A stretch of 35,424 nt of DNA, taken from NCBI GenBank assembly GCA_016839515.1, contig JAEOUE010000160.1, forward strand, positions 1 to 35,424, read 5' to 3'. Numbering within the stretch: position 1 is the stretch's first letter; the number at the start of each line of letters is the position of its first letter. The position numbers and the translations under genes were made by a program. Origin of the DNA: Candidatus Hodarchaeum mangrovi (GTDB lineage: Archaea > Asgardarchaeota > Heimdallarchaeia > Hodarchaeales > Hodarchaeaceae). Shown one piece after another: positions 9,188 through 18,782 of the stretch. Below the pieces are notes generated by a model, which saw nothing but the letters and a program-made list of their open reading frames with translations, was not told where the DNA came from and searched no databases.

Positions 9188-9970
9188 TTAGATCCCATTC
9201 ATAGCAGCTAGAACAAGCATAACTGGGATTGGAGATAGAATTAAAGCAATAACGGTAGCATATAACGATTGAAATGCGTCATAGCTTCGTATAAATGTGA
9301 ATGTAATAATACCTATCTTCAGAAGAAAGAGAATTAATAGAAAATTATGCAGGATCACCTCCAAATAAGAAAGTGCCTCATAATAGATTTGATCATGATT
9401 AAATTTAACATAATATGGGGAAATTTCATTTAATTGTGAATCTAAAATGTTGATAATCATGTTTTCATCTAGATGAACTTCTACCCACGAATGCCATTTT
9501 CCGATAACCACATAGCTATCATATCCTCGTCGAGTCAATAAGGAAGCTGCAACTAATGCAATTCCATCACAATCATCACCACGGGCTAAGACATCCGAAA
9601 CAGAAGCACGATGATCCAACGTTATATAATTTGCTATATCATCTGTAAATGGAATTATTCTATCAATGAAAGCTTCTACCGCTTTGATTTCTATAATAAA
9701 GTTATTTTTGGTCTTTAATAATAAGGAAATAGATTCATAATTTGCATTAAGATATGCTTCAAATTTTTGGTCTAATTCAATAATTTTTGGGTTATCAGGT
9801 TGAATTGTTTCAGTTAAAGCAAAACGATTCATCATTTGATCAGGCCATACTAGAGGGTTTAAGGAAAATCCTGTTAGGAGATATGTTAAAGTCAAGAGTG
9901 CAGCAATAGCTAATTCCTTATTAGTAAAAGTTAAGCGGGCCATCTCTAATTTCTCAAAGTTCAACCACAA
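9188..9970 (-). CDS. Membrane-anchored transglutaminase-like cysteine protease domain protein
   Basis: GDDCDGIALVAASLL (Cys), WHSWVEV (His), ILD (Asp); one N-terminal and two C-terminal TM segments; the start may be ATG 9943. Confidence 0.7.
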   Translation of the reverse strand: MWLNFEKLEMARLTFTNKELAIAALLTLTYLLTGFSLNPLVWPDQMMNRFALTETIQPDNPKIIELDQKFEAYLNANYESISLLLKTKNNFIIEIKAVEAFIDRIIPFTDDIANYITLDHRASVSDVLARGDDCDGIALVAASLLTRRGYDSYVVIGKWHSWVEVHLDENMIINILDSQLNEISPYYVKFNHDQIYYEALSYLEVILHNFLLILFLLKIGIITFTFIRSYDAFQSLYATVIALILSPIPVMLVLAAMNGI

Positions 9971-10107
9971 ATCTAAAATTCTTCGTAAGGATTCTCGTAA
10001 TTACAGAAACTTTTCTTCTTTATATAATCATTTATTTTAGTGCAAAACCTTAATCAGCCAAATTTATGTATAACATTTAAAAAAATTCCAGATAGACTTC
10101 TAAGCCA

Positions 10108-12141
10108 TTAGTTTTCTTTTTTCATTTTCGTTTTATCATTCTGGTAGGGAATTTTCTCTAATGCAGCTCGTTTTGATGCAATTACTCTTTCACGGGAACG
10201 TAATTCGATTTTTTTCACCATCTCTTTATCTAGCAAATCACGAGTTGGTTGGTTTAAGCTTAATACTTGCATTTTTCCTCTATAATAAACAGTAAGAACT
10301 AGAAAAAAAAGCATACCTACAAAAAAGGTTGGATTCATATCAGTATATTTTCCTTTATCTTTAATGTGATTTAAACTGGTATCAAAGCTAAGAAGTGATG
10401 TGTGAAGTTTTCTAACAAGTGAGTAAGCTTCTCTGTAGTTCATTTCTTGATATTTCGTTAAAACTGCAAAATAAGAAGCATTATATGAATTAAATAGATT
10501 TTGTAAGTTTTTAGTATATACTTTATCTTTAGCTGAAACTATAGCTTGATTGATAATTGAACGGGAAGCTTTGAGTAGAATATCTATTTGGCCCCGTTGA
10601 ATGTTATCAATAGAAAATATACTGAACTGGGAGGAATGCGTATAATAAGACATTACATCGTCAATAAAATTACCCACAGTCCCAAATTGAAAAGGATGCA
10701 TTAATCCGATTTGATGTCCCAGCTCATGGATTAGAGTCTGCGATAATCCATGAAATGGTTGAGGATTTGATCGATTGTCACCATAAGTATATTTATAATC
10801 ATGGCTAATGATCGTCAATGGAGAATCAAGTTCATCCCGTAATGCAATGCCTAAAAGACTAGGCTCCAATTTTGCTTTGTCAGCAATACCAAATAAGGCG
10901 TCATCAAAAATGAAAGCAAACGTTTTAAAGTGAACCGTAAAAAATTGAAAGTAAATTTCTTCAAGAAACGTCCCAGCATTCGAATAAAGTTCCTCATAAA
11001 TAGGGATAAGATCAACTGCATACTTTCGAGTAGATTGGTTATTAAATTCTCCCCAAGGAACAATGGAGGACTGTATAATGGAATAAAGACTTGGAACGGT
11101 GTTTAATGCTTGAAATTTTACATCGATGACACATTTTATCCAAGGATAAACAGTTTCAAAGGAATTTAAAATGAAAGTTTCATTAACTGTCCATCGAAGA
11201 TCTTCAGGAGAAAACCCAGTCACATTTGTTAAGACTAGAATTTCAAAATAAAATTGTACTCCAGTACTTAAATCACCAACTGGTGCGAGTGGCGAATATA
11301 CATAATCTTGAACCCAAAGATTTCTTTCGACTTCATAAATCCATTGTGCAATAAAATCTGAGAACCTTTGGAATCCATAGGGGGTCTGGAGGTTGTACAA
11401 CTGCTCAAATTCTTGAAGGGTACTATTTGAACCCTCATTTTGTAAATAATAGGAATCTGAGGTGAGATCTAAGTAATAAAGGCGATCTTGAGAACCATAC
11501 CCTGTCATAAAACTCCTACGAATAGAAGTATGCGCGTCTGGGTCGATATATGTTTCATTATACCAGTGAGTTGTGTATTCTCCATCATCTAGCATTGTAA
11601 GATTCGAAAGAAATAAGGTATATCCTGGGATTGGTTTTAATCCGTAATAAAATTCATAATTATCTGCAAGCCATGAAATTGTTTTTGTCGCATTAATAAA
11701 TCGTCCCTTATCACTGGTTCCATCAGAATGATTGATAGTATCAGGAATCGCTGTATAGTTTATAAAATTGAAAAATTCATTATCAAAAGAGTTTGAAGCT
11801 AGTTCATAATAGTGATTTATAAAGAATGATTTATCAGTGTAATCTTGTTGAAAAAAGCTTATTACGCTTCTCTCAATCTGAGAAGGTTGTCCTTCTATTA
11901 TAGGATTAATTAGACTGTTCATTATTTGAGTATTAAAACCAGTAAATATAATTCGGGAAAACAACTCTGATCTTGTTGGGAGATTTGGAGTATCATAGAA
12001 CGACGCAGCGCTCGTTGGAATCGTATTAGGTACTATTATCAAACAAACAATTAAAAAAAAGATTAGGTTATTCTTCATCAAGAAAGATCTTTTGATTAGC
12101 AATATTTTCTCACCTATTTTCATAATTATGAATTTATTCAA
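10108..12141 (-). CDS. Secreted, membrane-anchored zinc metalloprotease (metzincin)
   Basis: Signal peptide ending TSA-A, HELGHQIGLMH (HExxHxxGxxH), Met-turn DVMSY, C-terminal TM followed by a basic tail; probable start ATG 12078. Confidence 0.8.
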   Translation of the reverse strand: MNKFIIMKIGEKILLIKRSFLMKNNLIFFLIVCLIIVPNTIPTSAASFYDTPNLPTRSELFSRIIFTGFNTQIMNSLINPIIEGQPSQIERSVISFFQQDYTDKSFFINHYYELASNSFDNEFFNFINYTAIPDTINHSDGTSDKGRFINATKTISWLADNYEFYYGLKPIPGYTLFLSNLTMLDDGEYTTHWYNETYIDPDAHTSIRRSFMTGYGSQDRLYYLDLTSDSYYLQNEGSNSTLQEFEQLYNLQTPYGFQRFSDFIAQWIYEVERNLWVQDYVYSPLAPVGDLSTGVQFYFEILVLTNVTGFSPEDLRWTVNETFILNSFETVYPWIKCVIDVKFQALNTVPSLYSIIQSSIVPWGEFNNQSTRKYAVDLIPIYEELYSNAGTFLEEIYFQFFTVHFKTFAFIFDDALFGIADKAKLEPSLLGIALRDELDSPLTIISHDYKYTYGDNRSNPQPFHGLSQTLIHELGHQIGLMHPFQFGTVGNFIDDVMSYYTHSSQFSIFSIDNIQRGQIDILLKASRSIINQAIVSAKDKVYTKNLQNLFNSYNASYFAVLTKYQEMNYREAYSLVRKLHTSLLSFDTSLNHIKDKGKYTDMNPTFFVGMLFFLVLTVYYRGKMQVLSLNQPTRDLLDKEMVKKIELRSRERVIASKRAALEKIPYQNDKTKMKKEN

Positions 12142-12233
12142 TCCCTCTTAAAGTTCAAGAGTGTGGTAATTTTATTGTCAAATATTTAAATTGTCTTAGA
12201 TATTCTCCAAATTCAGTACCTGAAATTAAAGTT

Positions 12234-12260
12234 AAAAGAAAACAATGAAAAAGAAAAAAT
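12234..12260 (-). terminator. Oligo-T archaeal terminator after oppF
   Basis: The minus strand has consecutive T-runs immediately after the stop at 12265. Confidence 0.5.
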
Positions 12261-12264
12261 TAGA

Positions 12265-13263
12265 TTATTTATAAGCATAATCTGACTCTTCAAGTGGAAA
12301 ATGACAAGCCACAAAGTGATTTGGTGATATTTCATCTAGTGGAGGCTCTTCCTTTGAACAGATTGATTTCGCGTACATACAACGATTACTAAATCGACAG
12401 CCGGAAGGTGGAAATATAGGAGACGGTACATCACCCCTTAAAACTAATCGATTCATTTTTCGTTGGAGGTCTAAACTTGGTACTGCTGAAATTAATGCTT
12501 CAGTATAAGGGTGAGCTGGATTACGGAATAATTCCTCGGTTGCAGAGCTCTCAACAATTTTTCCGACATACATTACGTTAACAAATCGTGTAATATGTCT
12601 TACTACACCTAAATCGTGAGCTACAACGATATAGGTAAGATTCAGTTCGTTTTGTAGGTCTTGGAGAAGGTTCAGAATTTGTGCTTGAATCGATACATCA
12701 AGAGCGGAAACAGGCTCATCTGCGACTATAAGTCTTGGGTTGAGTGCAAGAGCTCTAGCAACGCCAATACGTTGACGTTGACCTCCTGAAAACTCATGTG
12801 GAAAGCGATAGTAATGATCAGGAGCTAAGCCAACTGTTTTAAGTAGGTTAAAAACAATCTCAGATCTTTCCGAAGCGTTTGCGACACCATGAACAACAAG
12901 AGGTTCACCAATAATGTCACCTACCTTCATTCTAGGATCTAGAGACGCATAAGGATCCTGGAAGATAATTTGCATATCTCGCCTAAGTTGACGCATTTTT
13001 CGGCCTTTTGAACGAGTGATATCTACTCCATCAAAGAGAATTTGACCTCCAGTAGGATCATATAACCGTAAAATGCACCTTGCTGTCGTGGTTTTTCCGC
13101 ACCCTGATTCTCCAACAAGACCAACAGTGCCACCTCGTGGAACTGAGAAGCTCACATCATCAACTGCTCGGAGCGTTAAAGTATCAGAAGAGAAAAGTCC
13201 TCTTGTAACTTCAAAGTACATCTTTAAATTTTTGACTTCAATAATATTATCTGTTTTACTCAT
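12265..13263 (-). CDS. oppF: Oligopeptide/dipeptide ABC transporter ATP-binding protein
   Basis: GESGCGKTT, FSGGQRQR, VADEPVSALD, HPYT, C-terminal Cys cluster; start set at ATG 13263, preceded by aggagttga. Confidence 0.93.
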   Translation of the reverse strand: MSKTDNIIEVKNLKMYFEVTRGLFSSDTLTLRAVDDVSFSVPRGGTVGLVGESGCGKTTTARCILRLYDPTGGQILFDGVDITRSKGRKMRQLRRDMQIIFQDPYASLDPRMKVGDIIGEPLVVHGVANASERSEIVFNLLKTVGLAPDHYYRFPHEFSGGQRQRIGVARALALNPRLIVADEPVSALDVSIQAQILNLLQDLQNELNLTYIVVAHDLGVVRHITRFVNVMYVGKIVESSATEELFRNPAHPYTEALISAVPSLDLQRKMNRLVLRGDVPSPIFPPSGCRFSNRCMYAKSICSKEEPPLDEISPNHFVACHFPLEESDYAYK

Positions 13264-13283
13264 AATATCAACTCCTGAATACT

Positions 13284-14258
13284 TTAGGTATATAGATGAC
13301 AAGCAATACGATGACCTGGTTCTACTTCTAATTCTTCAGGAAAGCTCTCACGGCATACAGGCATTGCCTTTGAGCAGCGGGGGTGGAATGGACAACCTGA
13401 AGGAGGATTAATTAAATCAGGAACTTCTCCCGGGATTGGGGCAAGGCGATCCTTTTTCTGACTGATTTTAGGAATTGACTCATGAAGACCTTTTGTATAG
13501 GGATGTAGAGGATTTTCAAAGATATGTTCAACTTTACCAAACTCAGCAATATGTCCTGCATACATTACTGCAACTTTATTCGCTAATTCAACAACTAATC
13601 CCAAGTTATGAGTTATTAGAATCAGGGAAGTTTGAATTTCTTCCATTAAATTAGCCATAATTTCCAGAATTTGAGCCTGAATAGTAACATCAAGGGCAGT
13701 AGTAGGTTCATCTGCGATTAAAAGGCTCGGATTACAGGAAAGTGCCATGGCAATACCCACTCTTTGGCGCATTCCTCCACTCAATTGATGAGGATAATTT
13801 TCAAGACGATCTTCTGGATTTGGAAGCCCTACCATACTAAAGTATTCAACTACCTTTTGAAGAATTTCCTGTTTTGATAAAGACTGATGTAAACGAATTG
13901 CTTCTGCTACTTGCTCACCAACAGTTAGTACTGGATTAAGAGAGGTCATAGGATCTTGAAAAATCATTGAAATCCGATTTCCTCTGATTTTTCTCATATC
14001 ACGCATTGGTAGCTGCAACAAATCGATCCCATCGAACCAGACTTCACCACTTTCGATACGACCAGGAGGTATCGGAATCAGTCTCATCATTGAGAGTGCG
14101 GAGACACTTTTACCGCATCCAGATTCCCCCACGAGTCCAAGACTTTCTCCTCGATTTATTCGATAAGAAACCCCTTCTACAGCTTTTACAACCCCTTTCT
14201 TTGTATAAAAATGAGTCCGAAGATCTCGGACGTCTAATAATACTCCACCAGTACTCAT
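13284..14258 (-). CDS. oppD: Oligopeptide/dipeptide ABC transporter ATP-binding protein
   Basis: [38 protein letters not shown]. Confidence 0.95.
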   Translation of the reverse strand: MSTGGVLLDVRDLRTHFYTKKGVVKAVEGVSYRINRGESLGLVGESGCGKSVSALSMMRLIPIPPGRIESGEVWFDGIDLLQLPMRDMRKIRGNRISMIFQDPMTSLNPVLTVGEQVAEAIRLHQSLSKQEILQKVVEYFSMVGLPNPEDRLENYPHQLSGGMRQRVGIAMALSCNPSLLIADEPTTALDVTIQAQILEIMANLMEEIQTSLILITHNLGLVVELANKVAVMYAGHIAEFGKVEHIFENPLHPYTKGLHESIPKISQKKDRLAPIPGEVPDLINPPSGCPFHPRCSKAMPVCRESFPEELEVEPGHRIACHLYT

Positions 14259-14260
14259 GG

Positions 14261-15232
14261 TTACACATCCCTTGTCCTTGGATCTAATACATCTCGTAAC
14301 CAGTCTCCAAGAAGATTAAAGCCTAATACTACAATGAATATAGCTAATCCAGGAAAGAACATCGGCCATGGGTGATCAAAGAAGGTATAACGTGCACCAT
14401 TCATATCACCTCCCCAGTCTGGTTGATTTGGTCGTGCACCAAGGCCAATAAAACTGAGTCCAGCGGTACTCATGATGGCACCACCAATACCCATGGTTGC
14501 ATATACTAGAATAATTGGGAAAACGTTGGGTAGTACATGTTTTACGATAATTCGTGCTTCACTAGATCCTGTAGCTCGTGCTGCATCAATAAAATCCATT
14601 TCACGAACCGCTAGTACGGATCCACGTAATATTCGGGCATAACCAGGGATTCCCATAAAACCAACGAAGAACATTGCAATTAGAAGGGTGTATTTTCCTG
14701 CTGGATTCCAAGGCTGGTCCGAGAGGGCTGCTACTATAATTAATAGCATAAAGAAACTAGGAATTGACATCCAAGCATCTACAATTCGCATTAAAATATT
14801 ATCAACACTACCACCAAGATAACCAGAAAGCGATCCAATTAGGATACCCCCAAATAGGCCAACTGATATCGCCAATGTCCCTGCTAGAACAGCACTTCGG
14901 GCTCCATAAAGGATACGAGAAAATATATCTTGGCCAGCCCAATCAGTTCCCATCAAGTAAGGAAATCCAGTGGTAGGGGTATCTCCGGTAATTAAGAATG
15001 GATCTTGAAAGGAAGGCATACCTACAGTATAATCATCTTCAGTTGGGTGATATGGAGCTATTACATCAGCAAAAATTGCAATTGAAAAGAATCCAAGGAT
15101 TATGATGAATCCGATTAACGCTGTCCAGTTATGGATAAGGGAGTGAAAATAGGCCCGTAGTCTTGCTCGAAATCGTCGTTCACGTTTGACTTGAGCGATA
15201 AGCTCTTCTTGAGTCATAATACTCATACCCAT
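14261..15232 (-). CDS. oppC: Oligopeptide/dipeptide ABC transporter permease
   Basis: MGTDWAGQDIFSRILYGAR, EAA-like FIDAARATG, HVLPN, GDWLRDVLDPR; SD aggagtga. Confidence 0.93.
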   Translation of the reverse strand: MGMSIMTQEELIAQVKRERRFRARLRAYFHSLIHNWTALIGFIIILGFFSIAIFADVIAPYHPTEDDYTVGMPSFQDPFLITGDTPTTGFPYLMGTDWAGQDIFSRILYGARSAVLAGTLAISVGLFGGILIGSLSGYLGGSVDNILMRIVDAWMSIPSFFMLLIIVAALSDQPWNPAGKYTLLIAMFFVGFMGIPGYARILRGSVLAVREMDFIDAARATGSSEARIIVKHVLPNVFPIILVYATMGIGGAIMSTAGLSFIGLGARPNQPDWGGDMNGARYTFFDHPWPMFFPGLAIFIVVLGFNLLGDWLRDVLDPRTRDV

Positions 15233-15247
15233 GATAAATCACTCCTT

Positions 15248-16255
15248 TTAACTGTACCGAATACGTGGATCTAAATAAGCATACGCAATATCCACCACAA
15301 GGTTCATCAAGATTAACAAAGTAGAACTAAATAGTACTACGCCCATAATTACTGGATAATTACGTGTAAGTAGTGCACGATAACCATAACGTCCCATACC
15401 AGGCCATGAAAAAATAGTTTCCATAATTACAGCTCCACCAAACAAACCAGCAAGATCTAGTCCAATAATAGTTACTACTGGAATTAGGGCGTTTTTCAGA
15501 GCATGTTTGTAGATAACCACTTTTTCAGCTAAACCTTTAGATCGTGCAGTGGTAATATAATCTTGTCGAATAACCTCTAACATACTCGACCGAGTAATTC
15601 GGGCATAAAATCCTGCTGACGCAATTCCCATTGCCACTCCTGGAATAATTAAGCGTCCAATGGGGGATGCATTATCACGCCAACCTGGAGTAATGAATCC
15701 TCCATGTAAAGGAAATAAGTCAATGGCTATGAATTGAATTAGAATAAATGCTAACCAATATCCCGGTGTAGAATAAAGAGTTAATGTAACAAAAACTAAA
15801 AACCGATCAGTAAATTGATTGTGTTTGACAGCTGAAATAATCCCTACAATTATTCCTGTTGAACAGGCAAATAATAGTGCTGTTGTTGTTAACTGTAATG
15901 TTGCAGGGAATAAATGTAACATCTCTTCAACTATTGGTTGGTTCGTCTCCCAATTTCTACCAAAATCACCTGTTGCGAGATGGGCTAACCAGATTAAGTA
16001 TTGTATCCAAACTGGATGGTTTAATCCCAGTTCATCTCTTAATCGTTCATATTCTGCTTCCATGGCCATTAAATCTTCTGCAGTAATATCTTTTTGCCCT
16101 CTCATCATCTCGGGGTTGATTGCTCCACCAAAAATTAGTGTAGCAGGATCCCCTACAGCAAGGGCTGCGGAAGAATAGGTAATCATTGTGATTACCAATA
16201 AAAGCACAGGGGCAAGAATTAACCGTTTGACAACGTATCCTCTAAGACCTGCCAT
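15248..16255 (-). CDS. oppB: Oligopeptide/dipeptide ABC transporter permease
   Basis: GDFGR, RITRSSMLEV, DYITTARSKGL, HALKNA, ETIFSWPGMG, LDPRIRY. Confidence 0.95.
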   Translation of the reverse strand: MAGLRGYVVKRLILAPVLLLVITMITYSSAALAVGDPATLIFGGAINPEMMRGQKDITAEDLMAMEAEYERLRDELGLNHPVWIQYLIWLAHLATGDFGRNWETNQPIVEEMLHLFPATLQLTTTALLFACSTGIIVGIISAVKHNQFTDRFLVFVTLTLYSTPGYWLAFILIQFIAIDLFPLHGGFITPGWRDNASPIGRLIIPGVAMGIASAGFYARITRSSMLEVIRQDYITTARSKGLAEKVVIYKHALKNALIPVVTIIGLDLAGLFGGAVIMETIFSWPGMGRYGYRALLTRNYPVIMGVVLFSSTLLILMNLVVDIAYAYLDPRIRYS

Positions 16256-16281
16256 TGTTTTGCACCTTTTACCAATATTAC

Positions 16282-16330
16282 GGCAAATATCTGTGAAACA
16301 GAGAATTGCCAGAATAGAAATCCTTATATA
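16282..16330 (-). promoter_or_regulatory. Putative oppB promoter: TATA box TATATAAG (16330-16323) with an inverted repeat over the expected start site
   Basis: The same TATATAAG octamer occurs upstream of oppA; the inverted repeat ggcaa..tctgt-gaa-acaga..ttgcc spans 16282-16310. Confidence 0.45.
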
Positions 16331-16602
16331 TCTTTATAAAGGAAATTAATTCTTCACTTCCTAGTTATATATTTTAATTATATGTATCAGAAAAATGATA
16401 TATCAGAAATAAGAATTTCATCCCACAAATGAATATTATATGAGAAAAAATTAAATATTGTTAATTTATTTCGTAAATTATTTCTTATAGGTTGGATAAA
16501 TAAGATTTCAAGTTGAATTATAAAATAAATGCTATTTTATAGAAATGAACTAATTACCTAGATTGAAGAAGTCCTGAGAAATTTGGAATTATAAATGAAG
16601 AA

Positions 16603-17012
16603 TTAAACAAAAAATATCTCTCTAATCCAAGAATTTAAAATAACTAATTGCTCATCTTTTAGGACTGCTCCATTTCTGTGAATACTTGTAAAATTCTCCC
16701 AAACCTTGGATGATTGGGTGATTAGGTTAATAAATTTTCCTAACTTTTTTATTGGATGGTAAGATAGGCCTTAAAAACATAACAGAATAGGAGTGGACTT
16801 TTTTCTTTGAATATTAAATTATATTCTTTATATTTTATACGCTCAATTGAACCTCCACTTATAGAGGCAAATGCGTTCTTCATTATAGAATTAACGGCTG
16901 AAATAATCCCACTTAATAGCTGTTCTTCAAATTTCTGTTCATTAAATCTTTTTGAATAAACGCATAAACCATTCTCATGCATTACTAGAAGCAGAATGGA
17001 TTCTTCTTCTTT
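16603..17012 (-). pseudogene. 5'-truncated, frameshifted fragment of a longin-like C-terminal domain of the kind found on Asgard proteins
   Basis: The frame reads KEEESILLLVMHENGLCVYSKRF...LLSGIISAV...SIERIKYKEY...FCYVFK. After a 1-nt shift near 16770 it continues (G)LSYHPIKKLGKFINLITQSSKVWENF...LNSWIREIFFV* to a stop at 16603. Confidence 0.7.
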
Positions 17013-18729
17013 AACTGAAATAGGGATTAATTCTAAAATATTTTATAGTAATATGTTATTTGCGAAAATCATAGGTCAAGAAATACCTGATCTTTATCAA
17101 CGATTAAGTCTAGTTAGAAGTACTAGTTTGGCTGGTGAATGGATTTTCGCTTCAACAGCTTTTCCCCATAAGCAGAAAGCTCATCAATATTACGGAAAGA
17201 GAAGATTCACTCCTAACGTATCTGTACCAATGTTATCGACTTCTATTTCTTATGAGGATCTTTTGAAGTGTCAATCTTTTGTTCCAGAATTCCTGAATCT
17301 CTGTATTAAATCTATTAAAAAATACAACGCCCCAATTATTGGTATTTCAACCTTTTTTCAGCAAACCTGTGCAGCTATTTCCATTGCTAAAGAAATAAAA
17401 AGAAATTTTCCCAAAAGTTTAATCATTCTTGGAGGAGGGAACTGCTTAGTTCCCATGAATTATGCACTTGATTCCTTAACACGAAATACAGTAGATTACA
17501 TTTTTAGCGGGGAAGCTGAGAGGGAATTCAAAGATTTCTGTCTGAATTATCTGAAAGAAGGGGTTTTACCTTCAAAACATCTTATTGAATGTGCACCGAT
17601 TCCAGATCTTGATCTATTACCGATTCCAGATTATGATGAATATTATGGACAATTATATGAATTTGGATTAGAATCAAATATTCGAAGACTTGGATTTGAG
17701 TCTTCTCGAGGATGCTGGTGGGGTGAAAAATCAAACTGTCTATTTTGTGGGTTGAATGGAATAGATATCCATTATCGCCAAAAATCTCTTAAAAGAATAT
17801 GTCATGAAATAGAATTCTTAAGTAAGAAATATAATGTAACATTATTGCAAGCAACGGATAATATCATGCCCAAAGATCTACCCGAAGCTTTAATGCAAAA
17901 ATTTAGCCCTCCTTCAACTCTCAATAGCATTTATTACGAAGTAAGGCCAACTCTTTCGTTTGAAGAATTATATTATTGTAAAAAAGCAGGAATAAAAACA
18001 CTTCAACCTGGAATGGAATCATTAACTAATCATTTATTATTCCTATTATCAAAAGGATTGACAGCTTCAGGAAACATCCGATTTTTAAGAGACTGCCGAA
18101 ATTTAGGGATTCGACTTGATTGGAATCTGTTGTATGGGATTCCTGGGGAAGAGGTAAAAGATTATGAGGAAATGTTACGGATTATTCCATTTATAAGTCA
18201 CCTAGCACCTCCAGATTTCATTGGACCAGTCAATATTCAACGATATAGTCCATTATATATGAATCCGAAAAAATATGGAATTTCCAAAATCATACCTCAT
18301 CCCAACTACTTGGAAATATATCCAGATGAAACTGACTTCTTTCAATTTGCGTTATATTTTGAAAGTAATTTCCAAACTGTATTTACTGGAGCATTAGAAC
18401 GTGAATTCCTAGCTCAAATCTCCTTCTGGCGTGAGAAATGGAAACAAAATCCTCCAACACTTCGAGCTATTAAATTAAATGAAGAAACATATTTGATTGA
18501 TGATACTCGATCTGAAGTTAATCAGGGTATAAGATTAATTTCTGCGAAATATATTAAGATATTAAACAATTTTAGAAATCCAGTAAAAAGATCTCAATTC
18601 GACATAGATGAAATACAGCTTCTTAAATGGGGTTATTTACTTAAAATAGGAGAATATGTTGTCTCTCTAGTATGTGAACCAATGCAAGTCCTAAACTATT
18701 ATGAGAAATTTAATAAAAGAATTCAGTAA
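16996..18729 (+). CDS. RiPP-maturation B12-dependent radical SAM methyltransferase-like protein (PoyC/TIGR03975-like), probably N-terminally truncated
   Basis: GEWIF, IGISTFFQQ, ILGGGNC, FSGEAE, LPIPDYDEY, ESSRGCWWGEKSNCLFCGLNG (CX7CX2C), TDNI, LQPGMES, WNLLYGIPGE, RYSP. Confidence 0.85.
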   Translation: MDSSSLTEIGINSKIFYSNMLFAKIIGQEIPDLYQRLSLVRSTSLAGEWIFASTAFPHKQKAHQYYGKRRFTPNVSVPMLSTSISYEDLLKCQSFVPEFLNLCIKSIKKYNAPIIGISTFFQQTCAAISIAKEIKRNFPKSLIILGGGNCLVPMNYALDSLTRNTVDYIFSGEAEREFKDFCLNYLKEGVLPSKHLIECAPIPDLDLLPIPDYDEYYGQLYEFGLESNIRRLGFESSRGCWWGEKSNCLFCGLNGIDIHYRQKSLKRICHEIEFLSKKYNVTLLQATDNIMPKDLPEALMQKFSPPSTLNSIYYEVRPTLSFEELYYCKKAGIKTLQPGMESLTNHLLFLLSKGLTASGNIRFLRDCRNLGIRLDWNLLYGIPGEEVKDYEEMLRIIPFISHLAPPDFIGPVNIQRYSPLYMNPKKYGISKIIPHPNYLEIYPDETDFFQFALYFESNFQTVFTGALEREFLAQISFWREKWKQNPPTLRAIKLNEETYLIDDTRSEVNQGIRLISAKYIKILNNFRNPVKRSQFDIDEIQLLKWGYLLKIGEYVVSLVCEPMQVLNYYEKFNKRIQ

Positions 18730-18750
18730 TAAAACGAAATATATCTTAGT

Positions 18751-18781
18751 ATTTTTTTAAAAAAAAGAAAAAAAGGGGGGG
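18751..18781 (-). terminator. Oligo-T terminator after oppA (may be bidirectional)
   Basis: The minus strand has a C-run then TTTTTTTCTTTTTTTT right after the TAA; the plus strand has a T7 run facing the rSAM gene. Confidence 0.6.
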
Positions 18782-18782
18782 T

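Noticed and set aside
9352-9362. GGATCACCTCC, identical to the 16S rRNA 3' end
   Set aside because: It lies inside a minus-strand CDS (codons for LEVIL) and there is no other rRNA-like sequence around it
16340-16600. Possible RiPP precursor ORF or repeat near the rSAM gene (includes tatcagaaa twice)
   Set aside because: No convincing ORF with leader/core character; the 9-bp repeat is too short and AT-rich to call
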